From the NCBI GenBank assembly GCA_963666275.2, contig CAXXOA010000001.1:1824001-1888000 (forward strand): 64,000 nucleotides of DNA, in the 5' to 3' direction. The DNA comes from Oceanispirochaeta sp. (GTDB lineage: Bacteria > Spirochaetota > Spirochaetia > DSM-2461). The position numbers and the translations under genes were made by a program. Below the pieces are notes generated by a model that was not told the DNA's origin, searched no databases, and was given only the letters and a program-made list of their open reading frames with translations. Positions 1 through 10,099 of this stretch are shown one piece after another (within the stretch, counting starts at the first letter, position 1; each line of letters opens with the position of its first letter).

Positions 1-362
1 TTTAAAGAAAAAAACAATCCTTATTATCATATCTGACTTCCTGGATACAGGATTTGAACATGCTCTGGGATATCTTGCGGAAAAGCATGATCTCCTCTGT
101 ATTCAGCTGCAGGATGAGAGAGACTCTCCCGCCGCCCGGAGGGATCTTTTCTCTGACCGATCCGGAATCCGGCAGAGAGGCGTATTTTGATTTTTCCAGT
201 AGAAAAGTGAGGCGGGAATGGCTGGCCTCCAATGAAAAGAGGCAGAGGGATCTGGAGACTCTGATGCGAAAGCATCAGGCGGATCTGCTCAGGCTCAGCC
301 GCCCCGAAGAGTGGGTGGATCAGTTAACCCGATTTTTCATTGCTCGGGGGAACCGACAGTGA
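1..362 (+). pseudogene. DUF58 (vWA-like, MoxR-associated) protein, 3' part; reading frame broken at ~113-125
   Basis: Frame starting at nt 2 reads LKKKTILIIISDFLDTGFEHALGYLAEKHDLLCIQLQDER (ISDF..HD motif typical of DUF58) then stops at 188-190; the expected continuation ETLPPPGGIFSLTDPESG... is in the next frame (ORF 54..362); lies upstream of batA-E. May be a sequencing error rather than a true pseudogene. Confidence 0.7.
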
Positions 363-1282
363 GAGCCGCTTTTCTTCTTCCGATCCTGTTTCTGCTTTTC
401 AACTGTTCTTCTCCTGACGAAAACTCCCGGAAGATTAAACAACCCTATGAAACAAGTGTAACACAACAGTCCGGTGAGATTACCATGGAGTGGATGGATC
501 AAACCTTCTTTTTCACTGATATTATCACTGTTAAACTGAGAACCCGCCTTAATGAGGGACGTGTTTTGATTGAGACTCTTCCCGATGAAGGAGAATCCTG
601 GGGCCCCTTTGAAGTGTACAGAAGAGGGATGGACCGGGAGGGAGCGATCCTGTTTCAGCTTTTACCGGAAGCAACAGGCGATCTTGAGCTGCCCTCTCTT
701 TCCGTGGGCGTCAGCGGAGCCTCAGGAGAGGAACTTTTCCCGCTGCCTTCTATCGCTTTCACTATAAAATCCTCTCTTTCGGAAAACAGGGAGGAACCTT
801 TTGATCTTAAAGGGCCGGAGGAACAGAAGAATCGAAAGGGTCTTTTTTTCACTCTCATTCCGCTTTTCCTCCTTTTCGCAGCTGCCGGATTTCTTTGGTA
901 TCTGAAAAAGAGAAAAAAAGCCGTTCCTCTCACTTCCGGAAGAGCGAATCCGGATAAAATTATGCAGGATCTTAATGACCTTTCAACGAAACCCGAGAGC
1001 CCTGAAGCGTACTGTCAGCTCTTTATCCTTTTCAGAGAGGGGCTATCTCTTTTTAAGGAAAATACTCCTGCCGTTTCCGACCCGGAGGAACTGCAGAGTT
1101 CCCTTGGAGAATTGAAAGATATTCCAGATCAGATGATTTTAACGGCAATGTCCATGCTGGACCGGATGGATCAGATCCTGTTTTCTCCTCCCCGGAATGT
1201 ACCGGCATCAGGACTTTTTGAAAAAGACTGTGTTTTTGTACGGTCTTTCCTGCAGTTTCTGCAGGATCAGGAGGCCCGTTAA
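359..1282 (+). CDS. bat-operon lipoprotein/membrane protein, hypothetical
   Basis: GTG at 359 overlaps the upstream TGA; lipobox-like LLFNC signal; internal TM helix followed by KKRKK; position between DUF58 and batA. Confidence 0.7.
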   Translation: MRAAFLLPILFLLFNCSSPDENSRKIKQPYETSVTQQSGEITMEWMDQTFFFTDIITVKLRTRLNEGRVLIETLPDEGESWGPFEVYRRGMDREGAILFQLLPEATGDLELPSLSVGVSGASGEELFPLPSIAFTIKSSLSENREEPFDLKGPEEQKNRKGLFFTLIPLFLLFAAAGFLWYLKKRKKAVPLTSGRANPDKIMQDLNDLSTKPESPEAYCQLFILFREGLSLFKENTPAVSDPEELQSSLGELKDIPDQMILTAMSMLDRMDQILFSPPRNVPASGLFEKDCVFVRSFLQFLQDQEAR

Positions 1283-2283
1283 TGCTGCAGCTTATGTATC
1301 CCTTCGGTCTTGCAGGTTTGGGAATGATTCCCTTCTATCTCTATTTCTCTTTCAGAAAGAGCAGGGGAATACTCTATCCCTCTCTGGAACATCAGAGTCA
1401 GGGAAAAACACTCCGTATCAGGCTTTTGTTCCTTCCCCGACTCCTTTATACGGCCTCTCTCGTTCTCTGGATTATCGCCCTGTGCCGTCCTGTTTCCTTC
1501 GATGCGGACAGCCGGGATTCCAGGAACGGCATCATACTGGAGATGCTTCTGGACAGGAGCGGCAGTATGGGCACCTGGATGGATACGGATCAGAAGGAAA
1601 ACCGTCTTGATATTGCCAAGAGAACATTCCTTGATTTTATCTCCCGGCGGGAAAATGATGTGATAGGCCTGGTAAGCTTTGCCAGGTATGCGGACACCCT
1701 CAGTCCTCTGACGGGATCACATGGTATTTTTCAGGATTTTGTCGCCTCCATCGATCTTGCTCATAAGGATGAGGACGGAACCGCTGTAGGGGAAGCTCTG
1801 GCTCTGGGTGTGGCCAGAATAGAATCCTACAGAGCAGGAATGCCCGCTGATTCGGCCCCTCAGGCTGTGATGATCCTTCTGACGGATGGACAGAACAATC
1901 AGGGGGCTATTACGCCGCAGCAAGCTTCCGATCTGGCAGAGGAAAAGGGAATTACTGTCTATACCATTGGATTCGGAGGAGGGTATTACAGGAATGCCTT
2001 CGGTTTCTGGGACAGAATCCCGAAGGATTACGGTATAGATGAAAAACTTCTGCAGGAGATAGCAGAAAAGACGGGAGGTCTCTATTTCAATGCGGAAAAT
2101 GAAGCGTCCCTTGAAAGTATCTATGAGAAAATAGACAAACTGGAAAAAACGCGCCTTGATACCGTGAATTTTACAAGGAAAAGGGAACTCTTCCAGGGCT
2201 TTCTGCTGGCAGGACTGGTTCTGATGCTTCTCTCACTGTTTCTGCAGGATCTATTCTTTCCCGTCATAAAGGAGGGGCTATGA
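1282..2283 (+). CDS. batA: BatA-like vWA-domain membrane protein
   Basis: N-terminal TM segments, MIDAS DRSGSM, GTAVGEAL, LLTDG, C-terminal TM. Confidence 0.85.
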   Translation: MLQLMYPFGLAGLGMIPFYLYFSFRKSRGILYPSLEHQSQGKTLRIRLLFLPRLLYTASLVLWIIALCRPVSFDADSRDSRNGIILEMLLDRSGSMGTWMDTDQKENRLDIAKRTFLDFISRRENDVIGLVSFARYADTLSPLTGSHGIFQDFVASIDLAHKDEDGTAVGEALALGVARIESYRAGMPADSAPQAVMILLTDGQNNQGAITPQQASDLAEEKGITVYTIGFGGGYYRNAFGFWDRIPKDYGIDEKLLQEIAEKTGGLYFNAENEASLESIYEKIDKLEKTRLDTVNFTRKRELFQGFLLAGLVLMLLSLFLQDLFFPVIKEGL

Positions 2284-3239
2284 ACTTCCTGAATCCCGAA
2301 TACAGTCTGTTTCTGATTATTATCCTGTTGTCGCTGCCTGTATACGTCCTGGCTGAAATACGAAAATCCCGTTTCAGAGCCTATTTTGCTCCTTCCGGAT
2401 CCCGTGTCATATTTCCGGAGAGACTTCCTATCCTGGCGGGGATCATCCTGGCTGTGATGGCCCTGATGAGACCTGTTTCCCATCCCCGGGAGCAGGAGGT
2501 TCAGCTCAAGGGGCGGGATATCGTATTTCTTGTGGATGTGTCCCGGAGTATGCTGGCGGAAGATCTTGTTCCCAGCCGTCTGGACCGTACCAGATTTGAC
2601 ATTGAAGGGGCTATGAACGCACTCTACGGCAACCGGGTAGGTCTTGTTGCTTTTGCCGGGGATGCGGTACTCAAATGCCCTCTTACCACGGATTACGGGT
2701 TTTTTCTGCAGACTGTGAGAGACCTTTCCGTAAATAGTGTCACAAGGGGAGGCAGCAGTATCGGAGACGCGATCCGCTTTGCCATTGATCAGTTCTACAG
2801 GGACGGTGAGGGCAGCGGTCTGGATATATTCCTAATCACTGATGGAGAGGATCAGAATACTTTTCCTCTGGAAGCCGCTGAAAAGGCAGGGGATCTGGGC
2901 ATCTCCCTGATTTCCATTGCCCTGGGAGATCCGGAACAGGGCGCCATCGTCCCTGATACACAGTACCGGGGCAGTGAGGTTTATTCTGTTCCCGATGCAG
3001 ACACACTGAAAGCCATTGCTGAAAGGTCGGGGAGTGGACTTTATCTTTCTGTTCCCGGTGGAGCCATTGATTTTTCCTCTCTGATCGGGCAGATCAGCAG
3101 CAGAGAGAAATCCACAGGCAATGACAGATATACCAGCTATTCGGAACATTATCTCTGGTTTCTCATTCCCGGATTTCTTCTGGTTACTATTGGCGTTCTG
3201 ATGAGAAGATTCTTTCCAGAGAGGAGGCCCGGCCAATGA
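2280..3239 (+). CDS. batB: BatB-like vWA-domain membrane protein
   Basis: DVSRSMLAED..PSRL, CPLTTDY, LITDGED; 4-bp overlap with batA. Confidence 0.85.
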   Translation: MNFLNPEYSLFLIIILLSLPVYVLAEIRKSRFRAYFAPSGSRVIFPERLPILAGIILAVMALMRPVSHPREQEVQLKGRDIVFLVDVSRSMLAEDLVPSRLDRTRFDIEGAMNALYGNRVGLVAFAGDAVLKCPLTTDYGFFLQTVRDLSVNSVTRGGSSIGDAIRFAIDQFYRDGEGSGLDIFLITDGEDQNTFPLEAAEKAGDLGISLISIALGDPEQGAIVPDTQYRGSEVYSVPDADTLKAIAERSGSGLYLSVPGGAIDFSSLIGQISSREKSTGNDRYTSYSEHYLWFLIPGFLLVTIGVLMRRFFPERRPGQ

Positions 3240-4099
3240 AATGGACAAGGGTTCTCTTCCCCCTCCTGTTTATTCCAGTTCTTTTGTGGTCTCAGGAAAA
3301 AGACAGGCCTGTGAGAGATGGTTTTTCATTTTATGATCAGGGTGAGTATAGCAAAGCGGCAGATGCCTTTCTGGAGAAAGCTCTGGAGCAAACAGATTCT
3401 GAGGAAAGGAGCCGCAGCCTCTACAATGCAGGCTGTTCTCTCTATCAGGATTACAGGGAGCAGGGGAATGGCGAATCTTTGGAAAGGGCTGTTTCTGTTT
3501 ATTACAGGGTTCTGCAGCTGGATCCTTCAAACAGGGAAGCGGCGCACAATCTGGAAATAGCCAGGAAAGAGCTGCTGAATCAGAATCGGGAGCAGGACAA
3601 TCAGATAAATGAAAATCAGAACCGGGAGCAGAGCCAGGAGACTTCAGAACAGAGTCAGAAAAGTTCATCCCCACTGGCGGATAAACAGGATTCCCTGGCT
3701 CAAAGGCAGGATCAGACAAGCCAGCAGCATCAGAAAGAGCAGGAGGAACTGAATCAGCAGACCCGGGAGGCCATGGAGAATGCCGATGATCCCGACGAAA
3801 AAAACAGGTTCTCAGAGGCACTGGAAAAGCAGCAGCAGGCGATGGAACAGATGCAGAAGGGAAATGCTGAGGAAGCGAGAAAACGGCAGGAGGAGGCGGC
3901 AGCTTCGCTGAAGCAGCTGAGTCCCTCCGGGGATATGGGGGATTCAGCTGCTTCAATGGAATCAGCTCAACAGGATGCCACTGGTCCGGAAAATCCTCTC
4001 GATCAGGAACTGCAGCAGATACTCAATGCGGAACAGAGAAGAAATGATAAGGAAGCTGAGGGAGATGCAAACTACAACCAAGTGGAGAGAAACTGGTGA
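3236..4099 (+). CDS. batC: BatC-like TPR protein with Q/E-rich low-complexity tail
   Basis: Signal peptide, YNAG..LY and AAHNLEIA TPR, Gln-rich linker, C-terminal ERNW; operon context. Confidence 0.75.
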   Translation: MKWTRVLFPLLFIPVLLWSQEKDRPVRDGFSFYDQGEYSKAADAFLEKALEQTDSEERSRSLYNAGCSLYQDYREQGNGESLERAVSVYYRVLQLDPSNREAAHNLEIARKELLNQNREQDNQINENQNREQSQETSEQSQKSSSPLADKQDSLAQRQDQTSQQHQKEQEELNQQTREAMENADDPDEKNRFSEALEKQQQAMEQMQKGNAEEARKRQEEAAASLKQLSPSGDMGDSAASMESAQQDATGPENPLDQELQQILNAEQRRNDKEAEGDANYNQVERNW

Positions 4100-5859
4100 A
4101 AAAAAAGAGTGAACTTTCAATTTTTCTTTTTCTCCTGATCATGATACCTCTGGGAGCCCAGAGCGTCAGAGCCAGTATGGAAAGTACTACAGCCTATGTG
4201 GGGCAGTCTGTGATGTATACAATTCAGATCAGCGGTACAGAGAGTGCGGAACGGCCTGAACTATGGGGGTTTTCGGATTTTTCTGTGGCAGAAGCCGGGG
4301 AATCCAGATCTGTCAACTCATCCTTTGTGAACGGCAGGGCCAGCCGCCAGGTTATCAGTGAGTTCAAATGGGCTTTAACTCCTCTGAAAACAGGAGATTT
4401 AACCATTCCCGCCGTGGAAGTTGAGATCGACGGAAAGACACTGGCTACCCGGAAGGGGGTCCTCCAGGTAAAAAAGCCGGGAAAAATTGCCGGATACGAG
4501 CTCTTTCTGACAGCGGACTCCCTTAAGGCTTTTCCGGGTATGCCTGTCAGACTCACCCTGAAATGGCTCTTTTCCTCCCAGGTCTCATCTCCCGAATTTG
4601 TACTGCCTTTTCTTGAGAATCCGGACTTGGAAGTCCATGGTGTTCCGGCCCCCTCCAGCGGGAGCAATGATATCTATGAGTTGCTTATCAATGGAGAGAA
4701 GGTCTATGCAATGCAGTCTTCGGAGATTTACGAAGGCAAACAGTACGCCTCTTTGACTATGTACTGGGATCTCTATCCTCTGAAGGCAGGTTCCCTTGAA
4801 ATCAGCGGTACTCTCCTTTCATTCAAAAGAGCCACAGGACGGGACGGATGGGGGAATTACTCCTATGAAAATGCTGTTATTCCCGGAAATTCTCTCACAC
4901 TGCAGGTTGAGGATATTCCTTCTGAACTGGCGGATTTTCCCGGAGGCGTGATCGTCAGCCGGGGAACTCTGGAGCTGGAACTGTCTCTGGACCAGAAGAA
5001 GGTCTATCCCGGCGATCCTGTCTCCCTTAAGGGAGAATTCCGGAATCTCTCCAATCCTGATGTTATGGATTTCAAGGGGTTCGGAAATATTCCTGAAGTG
5101 AACTCTCTTTTCAGAGTGGACAAAGCCGGTCTGACGACCGCAGTGGAAGAGGGGATCCTGACTTTCTCTCAGACCATTCGGCCTCTCTCTGGAAATGTCG
5201 GAGAATTCCCTCCCTTGAAGATTCCCTATTACAATCAGCAGGAGGGGCATGTGGATATTTTTGTCTCTGAACCTCTGAATCTGGAGGTCCTGGCCCTGAA
5301 CAGGGGGAAAAGTGTTCCGGAAGTAGGTGACGGCCTGATCCGTGAGTATGAAAATTCAGAAGAAGAGGACGCCTTATCCATCCATCACAATATGTCTGTT
5401 AATTCTCTGAAGACAGGTCCTGAAATCAGAATTTCCCTCTTTATCTTCCTGATGGCGCCTGTTCTGATCTACCTGATCATTACAGGGGGGCTTTGCTTCT
5501 ATCGGCGTCACTCCCGGTCTCTTATGGATAAAATCGGAGGAAAACAGAAATCCTTCCGCCGTCTGGAAAAAGAGCTCAATCATCTGAAAAGAGACCCCGC
5601 ACTGGATCGCTTGCGTGAGTTTAATGCCTATCTTATCTCCTGGCTGAAAAGTGAGTATGACGGCCTGGTGACTGAGGATCTCACTATTGATCCTGAAATG
5701 GCCTGTCATTATTTCTCTGAATCCCAAACGGATGATCTGAAAGAGATCCTTGAGGAATTGGATGACCTGTGCTGGTCGGGAAAGTCAGTGGATGATCTGT
5801 CATTCCAGGTAAACAGGATTGCAGAGAAATTTTCTGGAAAGAGGAAATCCCTACTATGA
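4096..5859 (+). CDS. batD: BatD family protein
   Basis: Signal peptide, repeated beta-sandwich segments (PLKTGDLTIPAV), C-terminal TM; operon context. Confidence 0.8.
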   Translation: MKKKSELSIFLFLLIMIPLGAQSVRASMESTTAYVGQSVMYTIQISGTESAERPELWGFSDFSVAEAGESRSVNSSFVNGRASRQVISEFKWALTPLKTGDLTIPAVEVEIDGKTLATRKGVLQVKKPGKIAGYELFLTADSLKAFPGMPVRLTLKWLFSSQVSSPEFVLPFLENPDLEVHGVPAPSSGSNDIYELLINGEKVYAMQSSEIYEGKQYASLTMYWDLYPLKAGSLEISGTLLSFKRATGRDGWGNYSYENAVIPGNSLTLQVEDIPSELADFPGGVIVSRGTLELELSLDQKKVYPGDPVSLKGEFRNLSNPDVMDFKGFGNIPEVNSLFRVDKAGLTTAVEEGILTFSQTIRPLSGNVGEFPPLKIPYYNQQEGHVDIFVSEPLNLEVLALNRGKSVPEVGDGLIREYENSEEEDALSIHHNMSVNSLKTGPEIRISLFIFLMAPVLIYLIITGGLCFYRRHSRSLMDKIGGKQKSFRRLEKELNHLKRDPALDRLREFNAYLISWLKSEYDGLVTEDLTIDPEMACHYFSESQTDDLKEILEELDDLCWSGKSVDDLSFQVNRIAEKFSGKRKSLL

Positions 5860-6671
5860 AGACACGACTATTCTCCGGCCTTCTCCTTGTTATACTTTCT
5901 GTCTCGCTCTGGGGAAATCAGGATATACCCTCCTGGCAGGATTCTCTCCACCGGGGGGAGGAAGCCTTTCACAGAGCCCTTGAAAACAGCCTGGACATAA
6001 ACGATCTTTCTGTAGCTGAAAAACATTACAAAGACGCCCTGAAAAAAGGGGCGGATGGCTGGGTAATCCATTACAATCTGGGAAATATCGAGTATCTGCT
6101 GGATAAGGCGCCCTATGCACTGCTGGAATACGCCAGAGCGGGCTATCTCTCTCCGGGCAGAAAGGTACTCCAGGAAAACATTGCCACTGTCAAAGGATTA
6201 TCGGAACAGGAAAAATCCCTTGAGTGGCTGCGGCCTATTCTGTTCGGATCTATCTATCTCCTGGGCTATAGGAATGCCTATTTCTGGGGACTGATTTTCT
6301 ATCTGCTTGCCTGGGGTCTCCTTATAGCCGGAAAATTACTGAAAAAGAGATCTTTGAATCTTACCGGTGTGATTCTGCTTCTACTGGCTCTCTGGAACAC
6401 GGGGCTCTGTTACAGCTGGAATCATCTTTACAGCCGCAGGGGGATTGTTCTCGCGGAAAAGCCGGCTCTCTACAGGGGAGACAGCCGGACCTACGGTCAG
6501 GTGGTTTCGGAATCCCTCAAAGGGGGAGTCTCCGTCACCAGGCTGGAGGAACGGCAGGGTTGGTCCTATGTGAAACTGCCGGACGGGGCAGAGGGCTGGA
6601 TGGAAAACTCAGATTTTCAAATGATCCTTCTTACTGAAGAAACTCTTGATTTTGAAAGCATATCAAAGTAA
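5856..6671 (+). CDS. batE: BatE-like TPR + SH3 protein
   Basis: HYNLGN TPR, two TM helices, C-terminal SH3-like GWSYVKLPDGAEGW. Confidence 0.8.
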   Translation: MKTRLFSGLLLVILSVSLWGNQDIPSWQDSLHRGEEAFHRALENSLDINDLSVAEKHYKDALKKGADGWVIHYNLGNIEYLLDKAPYALLEYARAGYLSPGRKVLQENIATVKGLSEQEKSLEWLRPILFGSIYLLGYRNAYFWGLIFYLLAWGLLIAGKLLKKRSLNLTGVILLLLALWNTGLCYSWNHLYSRRGIVLAEKPALYRGDSRTYGQVVSESLKGGVSVTRLEERQGWSYVKLPDGAEGWMENSDFQMILLTEETLDFESISK

Positions 6672-6680
6672 TTTATATAT

Positions 6681-7049
6681 ATGAAAAACGAGAACGTAGC
6701 TATTTTAGGCGCCAGTAACAAGCCGGACAGATACTCTTTCAAAGCTCTGAATATGCTGATGGAAAATGGTCATCAGGTCTATCCGGTGCATCCTGTTCTA
6801 GAAAAAATACAGGACCAGAACGTATATCCTTCTCTTGCGGATATTGATGAGAAAATTGACACTCTCACAGTGTATGTAGGGCCTCAGAGGATTGTTCCCC
6901 TGATACCGTCCATTGTAAATCTTGCTCCCAGGCGGGTTATACTTAATCCGGGAACCGAATCGGAAGAGCTTAAAACCGCCCTGGAGAGCGCAGGAATTCC
7001 CTATCAGGAAGCCTGCACTCTGGTTCTCCTGAGAACCGGACAGTTCTGA
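6681..7049 (+). CDS. CoA-binding protein (YccU-like)
   Basis: VAILGASNKPDRYS, VYPVHP, ILNPGTE motifs. Confidence 0.88.
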   Translation: MKNENVAILGASNKPDRYSFKALNMLMENGHQVYPVHPVLEKIQDQNVYPSLADIDEKIDTLTVYVGPQRIVPLIPSIVNLAPRRVILNPGTESEELKTALESAGIPYQEACTLVLLRTGQF

Positions 7050-7050
7050 T

Positions 7051-8751
7051 CTAGTCTTTCAGAGCCTCTTCCAGAATTGATAAGGAGAGTATTTCAGGCA
7101 GAAGTCTGGGATCCTCTCCTTTTTTATACAGCACATAGAGAGGAACTCCCGCTCTGTTAAAACTGTATATCCACTCCATAGCGGTTTCATTGGTCTTCGT
7201 TAAATCCGCCTTGTAGAGCTTTACATTTGCCTCCGCAAACAGCCTGTCCGCTTCCTCTGTGTATAGAACTGTTCTTTCGTTGATTTTACAGGTTGTACAC
7301 CAGCTGGCGGAAAAAGCCAGAAATACGGTATCACCATCTGCTCTGTTCCTTTCTATACTTTCAGGAGAAAATTCCTTCCAGTTTCCCCGCAGCTGCGAAT
7401 TGGTTGAAATATTATCCGGAGAATCCAGATTCCGGAAGAGGATCACTCCGGAAACGACCAGGAATGCTCCAATCAGGAGGATGAGAAGGTTCCTTGTCAC
7501 TCTTTTTCGGGCGGATACCATGATCCAGCCCCAGGCCCAGCCTGCCAGCGCCAGAATCAGCAGATACCACAGGAGGGTGATGAAACCGGTTCCGATCTGT
7601 TTTATCAGGGTCGTGCTGAGATACACCACAGTTCCCATCAGGAGGAATGCCATAAACTCCCTGAATTTATCCATCCACTTACCCGGTTTGGGAAGATAAC
7701 GGAAAAAAGAGGGGATAAAGCCGAGGATCAGAAATGGAAGAGACAGTCCCAGCCCTGTGAACAGCATTATGGCAAGAATGATACCCGCTGACTGGGAAAA
7801 GGCAAATCCCATGGCGGCCCCGAGAAAGGGTGCCGTACAGGGCGTCGCCACAAAGACGGCAAATACACCAGTAAAAAAGGATCCGGCATAGCCTTTTTTT
7901 GATGAAAGAGAAGAGGCTTTATTCAGCCCCGACGAGGGGGGAAGGAGAATAAAGACTTCGAAGAGAGAAAGAGAAAAAAGAAAAATCACGCTGATCAGAA
8001 TGATAAGGAAGTAGGGGTTCTGAAACTGAAACCCCCATCCCAGAAGCTGTCCCGATTGCTGCAGGAGGATTATGGTAAGTCCCAGTCCGGCAAAAGAAGC
8101 CAGGATTCCTCCTGTATAGAAGAGGGAGTTCAACAGGATGGATTTTTTATCACCTCCGCTCTGATTTACTAGATTCAAAGCCTTTACACTCAGCAGAGGC
8201 AGCACACAGGGCATCAGGTTCAGAAGAAAACCTCCCAGCAGTGCCAGCAGAAGGTAGTAAAAAACAGACAGATGTCCCACCGCTTTCCCTTCTACTGTGA
8301 GGGTAAAAGGAATCACCGTGGATTCGGGGAAAAAACATATCCCGTTCTCATCGCAGAGCTGGTAGAAGACATTCAGATCAAACTGATGCTCCCCCTCGTC
8401 CAGTGTATCCGCCAGGAAAAATTCAAGTTCCAGCCGGGCGGTCCTGTAGTAATTGATGATCCCGTCCTCTTCCTCGCCTTCAGGATAAAGGGTTTTACCG
8501 AATATAATGCCGGGAGCCGCAACTCCTTCGAGTTTGAAAGTTTCGGGAGTTTTCGTCTGATGGTAACCTTCGGGAAAAATGAAATCAACCTGAAGAGTCC
8601 CGGACTCACCCGGTCTGAATGAGGAGTTATCCCAGTGAATGGATATTTCCGGATCCGGAATTTTTTCGGCCCCGGGAAGTGCAATCTGAGAGAACAGAGT
8701 TCCTGCAAAAAGGAACACAAATAAGTAACCATATAGGATATGTTTAATCAT
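7051..8751 (-). CDS. dsbD: Thiol:disulfide interchange protein DsbD
   Basis: N-terminal YQLCDENGICFFP, membrane NLMPCVLP and ATPCTAP, C-terminal thioredoxin WCTTC. Confidence 0.9.
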   Translation of the reverse strand: MIKHILYGYLFVFLFAGTLFSQIALPGAEKIPDPEISIHWDNSSFRPGESGTLQVDFIFPEGYHQTKTPETFKLEGVAAPGIIFGKTLYPEGEEEDGIINYYRTARLELEFFLADTLDEGEHQFDLNVFYQLCDENGICFFPESTVIPFTLTVEGKAVGHLSVFYYLLLALLGGFLLNLMPCVLPLLSVKALNLVNQSGGDKKSILLNSLFYTGGILASFAGLGLTIILLQQSGQLLGWGFQFQNPYFLIILISVIFLFSLSLFEVFILLPPSSGLNKASSLSSKKGYAGSFFTGVFAVFVATPCTAPFLGAAMGFAFSQSAGIILAIMLFTGLGLSLPFLILGFIPSFFRYLPKPGKWMDKFREFMAFLLMGTVVYLSTTLIKQIGTGFITLLWYLLILALAGWAWGWIMVSARKRVTRNLLILLIGAFLVVSGVILFRNLDSPDNISTNSQLRGNWKEFSPESIERNRADGDTVFLAFSASWCTTCKINERTVLYTEEADRLFAEANVKLYKADLTKTNETAMEWIYSFNRAGVPLYVLYKKGEDPRLLPEILSLSILEEALKD

Positions 8752-8789
8752 ATATAGAAATATAATGAATCTATTCTACGAAATCAATA

Positions 8790-8818
8790 TTGACCTGTGA
8801 TGATTTGGCTGGTAAATT
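8790..8818 (+). promoter_or_regulatory. Putative sigma70 promoter of ndk
   Basis: TTGACC-17 nt-TAAATT with an extended -10 TG. Confidence 0.5.
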
Positions 8819-8850
8819 GATTGAAAAGTATGTTATGAAGGAAACTATTA

Positions 8851-10035
8851 ATGGCTGAAGAACTCTCATACATTATTATCACTCCCTACACAATAGCCAA
8901 ATCCCGTACAGGCGGTGTGATATCAAGACTATTGTCCAGAATCGATCTGGATCTTGTGGGGGCTCAGATTTTTGCCCCTACTCAGGAACTCGCAGAAAAA
9001 TACGCTGCCTCTTTATATAAACAGTCAGTCGTAACAAGTTCGAGGAGTGCGAACCTGTTAAGCGATTTTGTACTGAAAACCTTTACTCCCTCCGGAGGCA
9101 GAAGGCATCGTGTTATGCTTCTTCTTTTCAGAGGAGAAGACGCCTGCCGGAAACTCTCTGATATTGCCGGAGCCCTGTATCCGGAAAACAGAAGTCTCGA
9201 GTCCGTAACAGGAGAGACAATCCGTGACACCTATGCGGATCTGGTCAAGGAAGAAGGGGAGGATGGAAAGATTCTCTACTTTGAACCGGCTGTGATGACC
9301 CCCCGGAGTGAAAAAATCGCTCTGGAAAATCTTAAAATATTTGCCCCTTTTCTTAAAAATGAAGCGAATATAGTAGAGAATGTTGTTTATCCCAATCCTG
9401 ATAAAGTGGAAAGAACACTGGTTATCATCAAACCTGACAACTGGAAGTTTCCCAGTTCCCGTCCCGGTACGATCATCGATATGTTCAGCCGGACAGGATT
9501 GCGCCTCATCGGATGTAAAGTCTATCAGATGAGTGTTGCGGAAGCCCTTGAATTCTACGGACCGGTCCGGGATGCCCTGGTCAGCAAGCTGGGACCGCTC
9601 TTCGGCTCTAAAGCGAAAGTCGTTCTGGAAAAAGAATTCAGTCTTCCTCTGGATGAAGAAATCGAAGCAAAACTTCAGGAGTGTTTCGGGGTCAAGTATG
9701 CGGAAGACCAGTTCGCAAAAATTATTGAATTCATGTCCGGTGTCAGACCCGACCGCTGTCCCGAGTCTGAGTTAACGGCACCTGGTAAAGTAAAATGTAT
9801 GGTACTTATCTACGAAGGTGAGAATGCCATACAGAGGATCCGGGATGTACTGGGTCCGACGGATCCCACAAAAGCTCCCGGAGGAACAGTCAGAAGAGAA
9901 TTCGGTCATGATGTCATGGTCAATACGGCTCATGCTTCGGACTCTGTTGAAAGTGCTGAAAGAGAGATGAATGTTATCAAAATTCAGGATAACAACACCT
10001 ATAAAATTATTGATAAGTTTCTCAGTGAACGCTGA
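8851..10035 (+). CDS. ndk: Nucleoside-diphosphate kinase, two-domain form
   Basis: ERTLVIIKPD, GPTDPTKAPGGTVRREFG, NTAHASDS (catalytic His) in the C-terminal domain; degenerate NDK-like N-terminal domain. Confidence 0.88.
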   Translation: MAEELSYIIITPYTIAKSRTGGVISRLLSRIDLDLVGAQIFAPTQELAEKYAASLYKQSVVTSSRSANLLSDFVLKTFTPSGGRRHRVMLLLFRGEDACRKLSDIAGALYPENRSLESVTGETIRDTYADLVKEEGEDGKILYFEPAVMTPRSEKIALENLKIFAPFLKNEANIVENVVYPNPDKVERTLVIIKPDNWKFPSSRPGTIIDMFSRTGLRLIGCKVYQMSVAEALEFYGPVRDALVSKLGPLFGSKAKVVLEKEFSLPLDEEIEAKLQECFGVKYAEDQFAKIIEFMSGVRPDRCPESELTAPGKVKCMVLIYEGENAIQRIRDVLGPTDPTKAPGGTVRREFGHDVMVNTAHASDSVESAEREMNVIKIQDNNTYKIIDKFLSER

Positions 10036-10048
10036 GTAATCCTGTCAT

Positions 10049-10082
10049 AAAAAAAGGCTGCCTTCTGGGGCAGCCTTTTTTT
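10049..10082. terminator. Bidirectional intrinsic terminator (ndk/lysC)
   Basis: A-tract-GGCTGCC...GGCAGCC-T-tract between convergent genes. Confidence 0.85.
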
Positions 10083-10099
10083 GTTTTACACAAAGGGAA

